64,000 bases of DNA from Candidatus Latescibacterota bacterium (GTDB lineage Bacteria > Latescibacterota > UBA2968 > UBA8231), in NCBI GenBank assembly GCA_965242865.1, contig CBDETK010000013.1, forward strand, positions 1,632,001-1,696,000, given 5' to 3'. Below, one piece after another: positions 33,953 through 44,227 of this stretch (positions within the stretch are counted from its first letter, which is position 1; the number at the start of each line of letters is the position of its first letter). A model generated the notes under the pieces. That model did no database searches. It saw nothing but the letters and a program-made list of their open reading frames with translations, and was not told the DNA's origin. The translations under genes were made by a program, and so were the position numbers.

Positions 33953-35673
33953 TATTTCGTTTCTCCTTGTGCGAAGAGTGCTTGATTTGCCAATGAGCGA
34001 ATTCGATCCCGAACGCCGGTAAGTTCGGCGATGGTCTGCTCAATATCTCGCACCGCATCCTGCTTGGTCTGCTCAGCCGCGGCGATTTCGTCTTGCCGCG
34101 CCTTGATGTGCTCATCGAGAACTTTGGCCTGTTCGTCAATCAGAGCATTTACCTGCTCGTCAAAGTGCTTGGGCAGTTCACTGCGAATTTTGCTTTGCAC
34201 CGAAGGGATCACCGTGCCAATCAACTGGTTGCGAAGCTCCTCCTCTTGCCGCCGCCGCCGAAAGAAGTTGATGATGTCGGGCAGGAAGACGATGACCAGT
34301 TCCAAAAGCGGCATCACGATACTGGTGGTAATGGCAACCGCAGCCGTAACACCTCGGTATAACGTCAATCCCCCTTTTGCGGCCTTCGTGGCTGTAGTTA
34401 AGCCCTCAAGAAGGTCGCTTACCCCTCTAATCGCCAGTGGGATTTTCCCCAAATAGTGTTCAGTGCTCGTGTTGTCATACGAGAACAGGGTTTTACTGAC
34501 GCCTTCGAGGCTACCCGCCAAATCCTCGGCGATCTCTTGGTGCAACCGCCCCATTTCTTCCTTTGTCCGGCTCATGAGCGAGGTGCGGGCGATTTCCGAC
34601 AATTCGCGCTGCAAGGCGTCTGCCCCGCCGGACATAGCAAGCTGCGTTAGCTCCTCTACGGCCGCGCCCAGGTCCGCGCCGACCCCCTCCACAATGGCGT
34701 GGGTGCGGTCGGTGGAATACCGCGTCCGAACATCCTCGACCATCTCTTCCTTTTTGCGCTGTAACTCCCGCAAACCAGCGGCGAGTTCGTCGATGGCCTC
34801 TTGGTTTTCTCGCTCGTCCTTTTGCAGAGAGCTAATCCAAGTGTTCAGGCTGCCATCGAGCTCAAAGAAATGCGCCTCCAAGCCGGGCCGCCACAGCTTG
34901 CCGAACAGCTCTTCGGGATTGATGGCGTGAAGCATCCGGGCCAAGCGTTGCCCGTCGTCCATGCTCACCCGCTCAACGGAGCCGCCAAAACCAAAATCAT
35001 CTTCGAGCTGCTCCTTGACATTTTCGGCAATGTCAGCGACCTCGGAAGCCGGGCGCAGATCCGCCTTGCTCAAAAAGACCGAAAACTCCTTGCCCGCCTC
35101 GTGGACTTCGGCAAACTGCCGTTGGGCCGAGCGGGTGACCGTGCCCTCTTCCACGCTGATCAAAACCGCGTAGTGGCTCCCTCGGGCGAGATAGGTCAAA
35201 ATGGCGCGGTGATGCAGATCCAGCGGCGAGTCAAACCCCGGCATATCCACCAGCACCAAGGGGAGAATCGCTCGGAGCGGCTCGCTGTTGAGAAAGACCT
35301 TCGCGTATTGGTATTGCTGCGCCTGCTCTTTGAGGGCCGCGATCTCCGCGACGGCAAAACGGGCGGCCTCGCCATCGGCTCTGACCCCCTCGACATACTC
35401 GCTGGCCGAATGCCGCAACTCGGTCGCCAACGCGGTTTCTGGGGTAATGCCTACGGGCAAGGGGCCATCCCCCAGAAAGGAGTTGATCAACGTGCTCTTG
35501 CCCGCGCTAAACGCCCCGACCACCGGCACGATCAACTCGGCCTCGGCCAGCTCCTGCTTTAACGGCTCAAGGGCCTGAATGGTTTTTTCTAGGTCTCCCA
35601 CAGAGCCGGCTTTGCCCAGTTCCGCTTGTACCGCGTCGAGATAATCGAGAAACCGCTGCTGAGTCTGAAGCAT
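33952..35673 (-). CDS. Dynamin-like GTPase, LeoA-like, with hydrophobic paddle
   Basis: GAFSAGKS, PVGITPETALATEL, DMPGFDSP, SKAD; hydrophobic VAITTSIVMPLLELVIVFLPDII. Confidence 0.9.
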   Translation of the reverse strand: MLQTQQRFLDYLDAVQAELGKAGSVGDLEKTIQALEPLKQELAEAELIVPVVGAFSAGKSTLINSFLGDGPLPVGITPETALATELRHSASEYVEGVRADGEAARFAVAEIAALKEQAQQYQYAKVFLNSEPLRAILPLVLVDMPGFDSPLDLHHRAILTYLARGSHYAVLISVEEGTVTRSAQRQFAEVHEAGKEFSVFLSKADLRPASEVADIAENVKEQLEDDFGFGGSVERVSMDDGQRLARMLHAINPEELFGKLWRPGLEAHFFELDGSLNTWISSLQKDERENQEAIDELAAGLRELQRKKEEMVEDVRTRYSTDRTHAIVEGVGADLGAAVEELTQLAMSGGADALQRELSEIARTSLMSRTKEEMGRLHQEIAEDLAGSLEGVSKTLFSYDNTSTEHYLGKIPLAIRGVSDLLEGLTTATKAAKGGLTLYRGVTAAVAITTSIVMPLLELVIVFLPDIINFFRRRRQEEELRNQLIGTVIPSVQSKIRSELPKHFDEQVNALIDEQAKVLDEHIKARQDEIAAAEQTKQDAVRDIEQTIAELTGVRDRIRSLANQALFAQGETK

Positions 35674-35709
35674 GGTTACGCCCCCTGTTCGTTGTTTACG
35701 CGATGGCCC

Positions 35710-36705
35710 CTACGCCTTGGGCACCCTCACCACCTGCCCGGTTTCCCAGCTTTCGATGATGGCCTCAATGACGAGCTGCACCCGCAAGGCGTCCGCGCCT
35801 TTGGCATCCACCTGCTCCGGCGGCACTTGGTTGAGCAAATCGTCGATCCAAGCGTTGATGCGCGCCGGAAAGGTGTCGGCAAAGCCGGCCATGCCCCCGA
35901 GGTGATCGTAGCTTTCCACCTCGCGCGAAAAGCGCGGGTAAAACGTCAGCTTCTCGCAGGCTTCGTTGATGACGACCCGCCCCTCCGACCCGACCAATTC
36001 CAAGGTCTCCAAGCCGTAGCTGCCCCCGGCGTCGTACGACCCGGTCAAATGCCCGATGACGCCGTTTTCGTACAACAGGTTCGCCTGCACATTGGACCAG
36101 ATCTGCCGCCCTTTTCCCTTCTTAAAAAAGGCCTGGACCCGCTCTACCCCGCCGGCGAAATAGCTCATCACGTCGAGTGAGTGCGGGTGCAGGGCGCGGA
36201 TGTGGAACCACGGGCTCGACTCGTTGGGATTGTTGATCCACATCGTCATGTTGACCATCTGCAACTCGCCGAGCCGCCCGTGGGCCAGCCACTCTTTGGC
36301 CTTAACCGCGGCCGGGGTGAAGCGGTGATTCAGGTTGATCCCGTAGGGCAACCCCTGTTCGGCGGCCAAGGCCACCATCGCCCGCGCCTTGGGAATCTCA
36401 TTGGAAATAGGCTTCTCGCCCAGCACCGGAATGCCAGCGCGCAACAAGGCCATCGTCGGCTCGTAGTGATCGCCTCCGTTTTCTACCCCGGCCGTGGTCA
36501 CCGAACAGGCGTCGAGCCGCGGGCCATGGGCGAGCATCTCCTCGACCGCGTAAAAGGCCCGCGCTCCGTAGCGCTCGGCCGCTGCGTCGGCCTGCTTTGC
36601 GACCATATCGCACACAGCCACGACCTGCGCGTTCTCGTTTTCAGCGTAGCAACGGGCGTGATTGTTGCCAATTCCGCCCATGCCGACAATCCCAATGTGA
36701 AGCAT
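35710..36705 (-). CDS. Gfo/Idh/MocA family oxidoreductase
   Basis: MLHIGIVGMGGIG, VLGEKPIS, NLNHRF; AAGGAGG RBS. Confidence 0.9.
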   Translation of the reverse strand: MLHIGIVGMGGIGNNHARCYAENENAQVVAVCDMVAKQADAAAERYGARAFYAVEEMLAHGPRLDACSVTTAGVENGGDHYEPTMALLRAGIPVLGEKPISNEIPKARAMVALAAEQGLPYGINLNHRFTPAAVKAKEWLAHGRLGELQMVNMTMWINNPNESSPWFHIRALHPHSLDVMSYFAGGVERVQAFFKKGKGRQIWSNVQANLLYENGVIGHLTGSYDAGGSYGLETLELVGSEGRVVINEACEKLTFYPRFSREVESYDHLGGMAGFADTFPARINAWIDDLLNQVPPEQVDAKGADALRVQLVIEAIIESWETGQVVRVPKA

Positions 36706-36722
36706 CGCACCCTCCTTTTTGA

Positions 36723-37787
36723 TTAAGTAGCGACCGGCGTGGGGAGCTCCACTCCCAACTCGGCCGCCAAAGCACCTATATCGGCCCAAGCCGCTTCATC
36801 TACGTATAGACCATCGCGCTGCCGCGCCTGCAAGCGCTGGTGTGCCCGCTCCCCGGGCAGCAACACCTCGGCCACCCCGGGCGCGGCCGGACCCGACTTG
36901 ACCCACTCGATAAAGCGGGCGACCTCAGCGTAAAATTCGTCCAACGGCTGGAAGGCCGCGACCTTGAGCACGGCGATGAACAAGGCGTTGCCCGGGCGCT
37001 CGGGCGCTTCACACGTCATCCCGGCCCCGGAAAGCGCCCCGGCCAAAACATCGACGAGCACGGAAAGCCCGTAGCCCTTGTGCCCGCTCTGGGGAAAACC
37101 AAGCGGCAAAATGGCCCCGGGCGGCGGGCCGTAGTACGCTTGTGTACTCGTCGTCGGCCGGCCCTCGGCGTCGATCAGCATCCCGGGGGGAGCGTCCTCG
37201 CCCCGGTTGCGCAAGAGACGCAGGTCGCCGCCGGAAATCATGCTCGTCGTCATGTCTAGGATTATGGGCCACGCGCCACGAGTGGGAATGCCGCAGCAGA
37301 TCGGATTGGTCGGCAGGCGTCGGCTGCGGCCGCCAAAGGGCGCGACCGCGCCATCGCCCCCGTGCCCATTGGCCGCGATGAGGCCGATGCAGTCGGCGCG
37401 GGTCGCAATTTCGACAAACCGACCCAGCCGCGCCACGTAGTTGCAGTCGCGCACTCCGACGACCGAGACCGCGCCGTCGCCGAGCTTGTCCAACGCCCAG
37501 CGCACGGCCTCGGTGGTCGTCACCGGGCCGTAATTCCACTGGCCGCTCAGCCGCCCGCCACCCGGGCTCTCGTTCAACACCACGAGCTCCGCGCCCGGCG
37601 CCACTTGGCCGTCGCGCACCATGCTCACGTATTGGGGCAACCGCAACACGCTGTGGGTATCGTGCCCCATTAGGCCGGCTTCGACCAAGTGTTCGGCCAC
37701 CAGCGCGGCGTCGGCCCGGGGGACGCCGACCTGCTGCAAGCAAGCCCGCGCGAGCGCGTCGAGGTCTGGGGCGCGCACGGTGGGCAC
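36723..37787 (-). CDS. Ldh_2 family (type-2 malate/L-lactate dehydrogenase-like) oxidoreductase
   Basis: GHDTHSVLRLPQY, VAPFGG...LPTNPI, ILDMTTS, GHKGYGLS, LLPGE; GTG 37787 coupled to the upstream stop. Confidence 0.9.
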   Translation of the reverse strand: MPTVRAPDLDALARACLQQVGVPRADAALVAEHLVEAGLMGHDTHSVLRLPQYVSMVRDGQVAPGAELVVLNESPGGGRLSGQWNYGPVTTTEAVRWALDKLGDGAVSVVGVRDCNYVARLGRFVEIATRADCIGLIAANGHGGDGAVAPFGGRSRRLPTNPICCGIPTRGAWPIILDMTTSMISGGDLRLLRNRGEDAPPGMLIDAEGRPTTSTQAYYGPPPGAILPLGFPQSGHKGYGLSVLVDVLAGALSGAGMTCEAPERPGNALFIAVLKVAAFQPLDEFYAEVARFIEWVKSGPAAPGVAEVLLPGERAHQRLQARQRDGLYVDEAAWADIGALAAELGVELPTPVAT

Positions 37788-38953
37788 TAGGGCCGCTCCT
37801 CGTCCCAAGCCGGCGCCACGACCAACAGGGCGTTGGCCACCGGCCGCTCCCCCGTGGGGTCCGAGGGCGTGTTGACCACCTGCTCGCCTACGACCATGGT
37901 CGTCGAGCCGCCGCCGTCGAGGTTTAGGCCCTGATAGGCATTGGCCTTGGCGTGGGAAAAATCGGCCAAGCGCGTGCGCATAAATTCGGCCAACTCCCGC
38001 AAACTCATGCCCTCGCTGTACCCGGGTTGCCGCCCATCGACCACAATCAGAAATAGCACTTGCTCGTCTTGAGAATAGCCAACGGCCGTGCGCGGGTGTC
38101 GCTTGTCGGCAAAGCTGCGGCTGAGCCGCTCTTGTTCCACTTCAATAGATACGTTGCCATCGCGCAGGATGCGCGGCCCGCCGCTGACGGCCTCCATCAG
38201 CTTGGCGCGGGCTGGCAGCAGCCGGCAGTACAGTTGCACGGTGTCGCCCAAGGCGACCTGTTCGGTTGCCGCGGACCCGGCGCCAACGGCCAACAGCCAC
38301 TGGTCCGGCTGGAGGACGAGCGGCCAAGCCTGCCGCCGGACTTGCTGGACCCAAACCGAGATCGTGTCGTTGGCAATGGAGGTGGCGCCCAACCCTTGCA
38401 ACAGGAAGCCCGTGGGGGCATGCAGGGAATCGCCCTGCACCTGCGCCCGGTCGTTGAACACCGCCAGTTCCCCTGGGGCCGGCTCGCGGTTAAAGCCCGC
38501 GATGGGCAGGGGCTCGCCTTCGGCGGTCAACAGGCCCAATTCCATCTTGTACACGGCGATCAAGGGCTGGCCGAGCGCCGTAATGGCAAAGGCCGAGCGC
38601 CGCTGGGGGACGCGGATGAGGTTGCCGGACTCGATGTACAAGCCGGCCGGCCGACCGGCCTCCCCGGGAAACAAAAAGTCCCCATTTATGGCGGCTAAGG
38701 CGCCGGCGGCCAAGTGGCTCGTCTTTCGCGCCTCGGCCTGCTTGGCCGTGCGCACGCGGATGCCCGCGGCCCAAGAGCGCGGCAGGTCCACTTCCACTAT
38801 ATGGATCTGCCACGGTCCTTCGGGCAGGTGAATCTCGCGGTACACTACCCCGGGCGCGAGCTCCGCGGTGTTTTCCCGGGCGCAGCTCCAAACCAAGCAC
38901 CACGCGAGAATCGAGAGGACGAGGCGCGTGGACGCGCCGTGCAATATAGGCAA
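37787..38953 (-). CDS. Phosphodiester glycosidase (NAGPA) family exported protein
   Basis: Signal/lipoprotein-like N-terminus, AAINGDF, HPRTAVG, VVDGRQPGYSEG, NLDGGGST, ERPVANAL. Confidence 0.88.
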   Translation of the reverse strand: MPILHGASTRLVLSILAWCLVWSCARENTAELAPGVVYREIHLPEGPWQIHIVEVDLPRSWAAGIRVRTAKQAEARKTSHLAAGALAAINGDFLFPGEAGRPAGLYIESGNLIRVPQRRSAFAITALGQPLIAVYKMELGLLTAEGEPLPIAGFNREPAPGELAVFNDRAQVQGDSLHAPTGFLLQGLGATSIANDTISVWVQQVRRQAWPLVLQPDQWLLAVGAGSAATEQVALGDTVQLYCRLLPARAKLMEAVSGGPRILRDGNVSIEVEQERLSRSFADKRHPRTAVGYSQDEQVLFLIVVDGRQPGYSEGMSLRELAEFMRTRLADFSHAKANAYQGLNLDGGGSTTMVVGEQVVNTPSDPTGERPVANALLVVAPAWDEERP

Positions 38954-38998
38954 GAGAAGCGGACCTCAGTGGCAAGGGGACGGCGTTAAAACGGCCCA

Positions 38999-39027
38999 AA
39001 GGTAGCTTTGCGCTGCAACCCTGTCAA
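38999..39027 (-). promoter_or_regulatory. Sigma70-type promoter candidate for the leftward operon
   Basis: Minus strand TTGACA-17 bp-TACCTT in the divergent intergenic region. Confidence 0.5.
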
Positions 39028-39099
39028 TTTTTTCCAGCCACTGGCCCGGCCACCGGCCAAACCCTTTATTGTATATAAATGAAAGGAGAAAGGATGCCC

Positions 39100-40107
39100 A
39101 TGAAAGCCATAGTCGTAGGGTTGGGTGGCCGGGGCCGCTATTGGCTCGACCAATGCAAACAGCAGCCCGGGGTTGAGGTGGCCGCCTGCGTCGAGCCGGA
39201 CCCCCAAAACAGCTTAAGCGCCCTCTCCGAAGGCGCCACCCAGACCGTCTACCGCGACCTCAGCGCGGCCCTCGCGACCGCGCAAGCCGACTTTGTCCTC
39301 GACGTGACGCCGCCGGCCATTCACGAAGAAGTCGCCATGCAGACTTTTGCGGCCGGCCTCCACCTGCTCGAGGAAAAGCCCCTCAGCGACCGATACGAGG
39401 CCGCCCGGCGCATGGTCGTGGCCGGTGCCCAAGCTGGCGTCGTCCACATGATCACCCAGAACTACCGGTTCAACGGCCTGCCGCGCACGACCCGCCGCCT
39501 GCTCGCCGAAGACCGCATCGGCTCGGTCGGCCAGCTCGACGTCTCCCTGTACGTCAACTGGGCCGACTCGCCCGGCTCGCATTACGTCACCGAGCCGTAC
39601 ATGTTTCTCACGGACATGGGCATTCACCACTTCGACATGATGCGCTACACCCTCGGCCAAGACCCGGTGAGCGCACACGCCCTCACTTGGAACCTCCCCT
39701 GGGGCTGGCACCAAGGCGACGCCGCCCATGTTGTCCTGTTCCGCTTTGCCAACGGCGCGGTTGCCACGCATCGCGGCATCGGCTGCACAGTGGGCCACGT
39801 ACCGGCCGGGCACAACGGCGAGTGGCGTTACGAGGGGCCGCGCGGCACCCTGACGTGGGAGGGCTTTGACCTGTACCACACCCATTCGCACCGCGCTGAC
39901 CCCCCCATTAGACGGCAGGTCCCCCTCGACGACGACGGCACCCCAGGCCAAAACCCGGTGCTGAGCGAATTTGTCGCGGCCATAGAGGAAGGCCGCCCTC
40001 CCGAGTGCAACGCGGCCGACAACCTCAAGTCCATGGCCATGGTGTTTGCGGCCGTCAAAAGCGCGGAGGAAGGCCGGCCCGTGCCGCTGGCCGAGCTCGA
40101 CGCCTGA
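39100..40107 (+). CDS. Gfo/Idh/MocA family oxidoreductase
   Basis: MKAIVVGLGGRG, HLLEEKPLS, QNYRF, DMGIHHFD. Confidence 0.9.
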   Translation: MKAIVVGLGGRGRYWLDQCKQQPGVEVAACVEPDPQNSLSALSEGATQTVYRDLSAALATAQADFVLDVTPPAIHEEVAMQTFAAGLHLLEEKPLSDRYEAARRMVVAGAQAGVVHMITQNYRFNGLPRTTRRLLAEDRIGSVGQLDVSLYVNWADSPGSHYVTEPYMFLTDMGIHHFDMMRYTLGQDPVSAHALTWNLPWGWHQGDAAHVVLFRFANGAVATHRGIGCTVGHVPAGHNGEWRYEGPRGTLTWEGFDLYHTHSHRADPPIRRQVPLDDDGTPGQNPVLSEFVAAIEEGRPPECNAADNLKSMAMVFAAVKSAEEGRPVPLAELDA

Positions 40108-40150
40108 GCACCTTGCGCCCAATGGTCTGTTGCCACAGCTTGTTTGCGCT

Positions 40151-41533
40151 ATGACGCTTCGCCTCTTCGACACCTACGCCCGCCAAGCGCGCCCGTTTAA
40201 GCCGCTCGCGCCGCCGCAAGTCCGCTTGTACGCCTGCGGCCCGACCGTGTACAACTACCAGCACATCGGCAACTTGCGCACTTACATCTTTGAGGATGTC
40301 CTGCGGCGCGCCCTCGAATACAGCGGCTATGCGGTCCACCACGTCGTCAACATCACGGATGTAGGGCACCTGACCTCGGACGCGGACACCGGCGAGGACA
40401 AAATGGAGGCCGGGGCGCGGCGCACCGGCCGGACGGCTTGGGAAATCGCCGAGCACTACACGGCCGATTTTCAGGAAAAGCTCGCGTGGCTCAATGTGCG
40501 GCCGCCCCACGTCTGGTGCCGGGCCACCGACCACATCCGCGAGCAGATTGCGGCCATTGCCGCGATTGTGGAAAAAGGCTATGCGTACCGCACGGACGAC
40601 GGCCTGTACTTCGACACCTCGCGCTTGAGCGACTACGGGCACCTCGCCCGCCTCGACATTGCGGGCCTGCAAGGCGGCCAGCGCGTCGAGCTCGGGCAAA
40701 AGCGGCGCGTCACGGACTTTGCCCTGTGGAAGTTCAGCCCGGCCCAAGCGCAGCGGCAGATGGAATGGGACAGCCCGTGGGGGCGCGGCTTCCCGGGCTG
40801 GCACATTGAATGCACGGCCATGGCCGCCAAGTACTTGGGGCCGTACTTCGACATCCACTGCGGCGGCGAGGACCACATCCCGGTCCACCACACCAACGAA
40901 ATGGCCCAAGCCCAAGCCTGCTACGACACGCGGCTGGCCGAGTTCTGGCTCCACGGCGCGTTTTTGCAGCTCGACGGGGAGAAAATGTCCAAGTCGAGCG
41001 GCGACTTCCTGCGCCTCGAATCCTTGGTCGAAGCGGGGTACGATCCGCTCGCCTACCGCTTTTTCTGCCTCGGGGCGCGCTACCGCGCCAAGCTCTCCTT
41101 CACCTACGAGAGCCTGGCCGGCGCGGCCACCGCCCTCGACCGGCTGCGCGCCGCGACCCATGCTTGGGGCGCACCGTCTGAGCCGGATGACCGCTACGTG
41201 GCCGCGTTCAAGGAGCGCGTCGAGGACGACCTCAACCTGCCGCGCGTCCTCGCCCTGTGCTGGGAACTGGTGGCCGACGATCGCCCGGCGGCCGTCAAGA
41301 AGGCTACGATCTTGCACTTCGACCAAGTCATGGGCTTGGGGCTGGCCGCGTGGACGCCGCAAGAGGCGGCCGTACCCGAGGCGATAACCGCGCTCGCGGC
41401 CCAGCGGCACCAAGCCCGCGTTGCCAAGGACTGGGCCACGGCCGACGCCCTGCGCGACGAAATCGCCGCGGCCGGCTACGAAATCGAAGACACCCCGCAA
41501 GGCCCTCACATCCGCCCGCGCCCCCCCGCCTAA
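40151..41533 (+). CDS. cysS: Cysteine--tRNA ligase
   Basis: YACGPTVY, HIGN, DFALWK, GFPGWHIEC, DIHCGGEDH, KMSKS. Confidence 0.97.
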   Translation: MTLRLFDTYARQARPFKPLAPPQVRLYACGPTVYNYQHIGNLRTYIFEDVLRRALEYSGYAVHHVVNITDVGHLTSDADTGEDKMEAGARRTGRTAWEIAEHYTADFQEKLAWLNVRPPHVWCRATDHIREQIAAIAAIVEKGYAYRTDDGLYFDTSRLSDYGHLARLDIAGLQGGQRVELGQKRRVTDFALWKFSPAQAQRQMEWDSPWGRGFPGWHIECTAMAAKYLGPYFDIHCGGEDHIPVHHTNEMAQAQACYDTRLAEFWLHGAFLQLDGEKMSKSSGDFLRLESLVEAGYDPLAYRFFCLGARYRAKLSFTYESLAGAATALDRLRAATHAWGAPSEPDDRYVAAFKERVEDDLNLPRVLALCWELVADDRPAAVKKATILHFDQVMGLGLAAWTPQEAAVPEAITALAAQRHQARVAKDWATADALRDEIAAAGYEIEDTPQGPHIRPRPPA

Positions 41534-41547
41534 CCGAACGGACGCCC

Positions 41548-43035
41548 ATGGCCCGCATCCTCGTCGCCGAGTGCAAGCAAGAAATCTCTTCCTTCAACCC
41601 GATCATCGGCGCGTACGACAATTTTTCCATCCGCCGCGGCTCCGAGCTGCTCGCCTATCACCAAGGCCGCGAGACCGAGCTGACCGGCGCCTTGCAGGTC
41701 TTTGCCGACAGCCACGTGGAAGTCGTGCCCACCTACGGGGCCTGCGCCCCCTCGGCCGGGCCGTTAGACCAACGGGCCTTTGAGCGCATTGCCGCCGAGC
41801 TCCTCGACGCGGTCGTGCCGCACCTCGCGGACGCCGATGGCCTGTACTTTTGCCTGCACGGAGCTATGGGCTGCACCGAGGAGCTCGACCCGGAGGGGTA
41901 CTTGCTGCAACAGATTCGCCTGAGGGCCGGTCCCGACTTCCCCATCGTGATCTCGCAAGACCTCCACGGCATTCTCACCGAGCGCATGCTGGAGCACTCA
42001 AACGGCCTCGCCATGTATCACACCTATCCGCACGTGGATTTGGCCGACACGGGACGCCGCGCCGCGTACTTGCTCCTCCAAGTCCTCGCCGGTGCCCAGC
42101 CCGTGGTGGCCCGGGTGCGAATTCCCGCGCTCGTGCGCGGCAACGAACTCATCACGGCCTCGGGCGTGTACGGCGAGTCCATCCGCTACTGCCAAGCCCT
42201 AGAGGAGCAGCCCGACATCCTCGCGGCCGGCGTGTTGATCGGCAACCCGTTCACCGATGTGCCCGAGCTGTGCTCGCAAGCGGTCGTCGTGGCCGATGCC
42301 GACCCAGACCTCGCCCGCAGCGAGGCCCTCCACCTCGCCGCCAACTTCTGGGACCGCCGCGCCCTCATGCAGCCCGACCTCGTGTCGGTCGAAGACGCCG
42401 TAGCCCAAGCCGCCCAATACAGCGGTCCCGTGCTCTTTACCGATGCGGCCGACGCCCCGTCCTCGGGCGCGACCGGCGACAGCAATGTGCTCCTCCAAGC
42501 CCTACGCGCCAGCGGGTACTCGGGCCGAGTGCTCGCGCCGCTGGTGGATGCGCCCGCCGCGTACATGGCCCACGACGCCGGGCTGGGCGCCCGCATCCGC
42601 GTGGTTTTGGGCGGCTCGCTCGACTCGCGCTTTTCCCCGCTCGACCTAGCCGTTGAAGTCGCCCAACTCGGCGACGGCGAATACGTCTGCGAATCTTGGA
42701 ACACGCCCCAACACGCCGGGCCTACGGCTGTGCTAGCAAGCGATGAGTTCACCATTGTCTGCGTCAGCCGCTCAGTGCCCTTTATCGATCGCTCGGTCTT
42801 TATGGCCCACGACCTCAACCCCAAGGACTACGATCTCATCGTCATCAAGTCGCCGCACTGCCAGTGGCACTTTTTCGACGAGTGGGCCGAGATAAACTTC
42901 AACATCGACGCCCTCGGCTCGACCAGCGCGAACTTGCCTACCCTCGGGCACCGCGTCTGCCAGCGGCCCATGTACCCGCTCGAACCCGAGGCCCCCTTTA
43001 CCCCGGTGGCCGAAATGTTCGGCGCAGGAGCGTAA
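41548..43035 (+). CDS. M81 family metallopeptidase (MlrC-like)
   Basis: QEISSFNP, LHGAM, DPEG, DLHG, YHTYPHVD, D...SSGATGDS, RPMYPL. Confidence 0.9.
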   Translation: MARILVAECKQEISSFNPIIGAYDNFSIRRGSELLAYHQGRETELTGALQVFADSHVEVVPTYGACAPSAGPLDQRAFERIAAELLDAVVPHLADADGLYFCLHGAMGCTEELDPEGYLLQQIRLRAGPDFPIVISQDLHGILTERMLEHSNGLAMYHTYPHVDLADTGRRAAYLLLQVLAGAQPVVARVRIPALVRGNELITASGVYGESIRYCQALEEQPDILAAGVLIGNPFTDVPELCSQAVVVADADPDLARSEALHLAANFWDRRALMQPDLVSVEDAVAQAAQYSGPVLFTDAADAPSSGATGDSNVLLQALRASGYSGRVLAPLVDAPAAYMAHDAGLGARIRVVLGGSLDSRFSPLDLAVEVAQLGDGEYVCESWNTPQHAGPTAVLASDEFTIVCVSRSVPFIDRSVFMAHDLNPKDYDLIVIKSPHCQWHFFDEWAEINFNIDALGSTSANLPTLGHRVCQRPMYPLEPEAPFTPVAEMFGAGA

Positions 43036-43038
43036 CTT

Positions 43039-43800
43039 ATGCCCGCCATCAAACAATCCGTCTGCTTCAATCCCTTCACCGCCCGCGGCCTCAGCCCGCG
43101 GGAATTGATCGCGGCGGCCGCGCGCATCGGCTACCAGTCCGTAGAGATGGCCCCCCGAGAACACTGGCCGCTCATCCAAGACCACGGCCTCGCCATCGCC
43201 ATTGTCGCCGGCCATGCTTCCCTGCCCGACGGGCTCAACAAGCCCGAAAACCACGACCGCATCGAAGACGAGCTCCTCGCCCACTGCGACCTCGCCGTTG
43301 AGTACGGCATCCCCTCGCTGATTTGCTTTTCTGGCAATCGCGAGGGCCGGTCCTCCGAAGAGGGGCTGGCCCACTGCGTCGCTGGCCTGCGCCGCGTCAC
43401 CGGGGTGGCCGAGGAAAAAGGCATTACCCTCTGCATGGAATTGCTCAACTCGCGCGTCAACCATCCCGACTATCAGTGCGACCGCACCGCTTGGGGCGCG
43501 GCCTTGTGTCGGGCCGTGGGCTCGCCCCGGTTCAAGCTCCTCTACGACATCTACCACATGCAGATCATGGAAGGCGATCTCATCCGCACCATCACCGAGC
43601 ACATCGACTGTATCGGCCACTTCCACACCGCCGGCAATCCCGGCCGCCAAGACCTCGACGATCAGCAGGAGATTTACTATCCGCCGATCATGCGGGCCAT
43701 CGCCGCCACTTCCTACGAAGGCTACGTCGGCCACGAGTACCGTCCCAAGGCCGACCCCCTTGACTCCCTGACCCACGCCTTCGCCGTCTGCAATGTCTGA
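43039..43800 (+). CDS. Hydroxypyruvate isomerase-family TIM-barrel protein
   Basis: ICFSGNR, CMELLNS, LLYDIYHMQIMEGD, HFHTAGNPGR, YVGHEY. Confidence 0.9.
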   Translation: MPAIKQSVCFNPFTARGLSPRELIAAAARIGYQSVEMAPREHWPLIQDHGLAIAIVAGHASLPDGLNKPENHDRIEDELLAHCDLAVEYGIPSLICFSGNREGRSSEEGLAHCVAGLRRVTGVAEEKGITLCMELLNSRVNHPDYQCDRTAWGAALCRAVGSPRFKLLYDIYHMQIMEGDLIRTITEHIDCIGHFHTAGNPGRQDLDDQQEIYYPPIMRAIAATSYEGYVGHEYRPKADPLDSLTHAFAVCNV

Positions 43801-44227
43801 AGTACCTATCGCACCCACCAGCGGTGTGCTCGGCGCAGCGATCGCAAGGGGCGACCCGTCCTCGAAAACCGCCCGACCATGCACCGCCGCCTCGCCTTCC
43901 CCCCACCAACGCACTCAGGTTTTTAACGACGAAATCCCGACGGAATAGGACCTTCTAATCATCATTAGATAGAATACGTATTGATACAACAGACATGACG
44001 ATGCACGGGCTAAAGCCTGCGTGTTCCATCCACCTATTGCCTACGGTGAAAGGGCCTTTTAACGCGATGACTCGATGACAGCATATCGCCCAAGGTGCGT
44101 TCGCTTTTACGGGAGCGGCGTAGGGCCATCTGTTTGTCCATGTTGGCCAGCGCGCATAACTTTCTTTCTGCAAGGGCTGCTCGCCTTGACGGATTCGCCC
44201 TTAACTTCTGGTTCAGAAGGAAGGCTA

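Noticed and set aside
40055-41509. Long antisense ORFs (also 12685..13860, 16487..17632, 42772..43914, 1730..2734)
   Set aside because: Shadow ORFs opposite well-supported genes, expected in GC-rich DNA.
43801-44220. Lower-GC intergenic stretch with a 72-aa ORF and an imperfect palindrome (cacgggctaaagcctgcgtg)
   Set aside because: No recognisable protein motif or second copy; at most a decayed REP-like unit.
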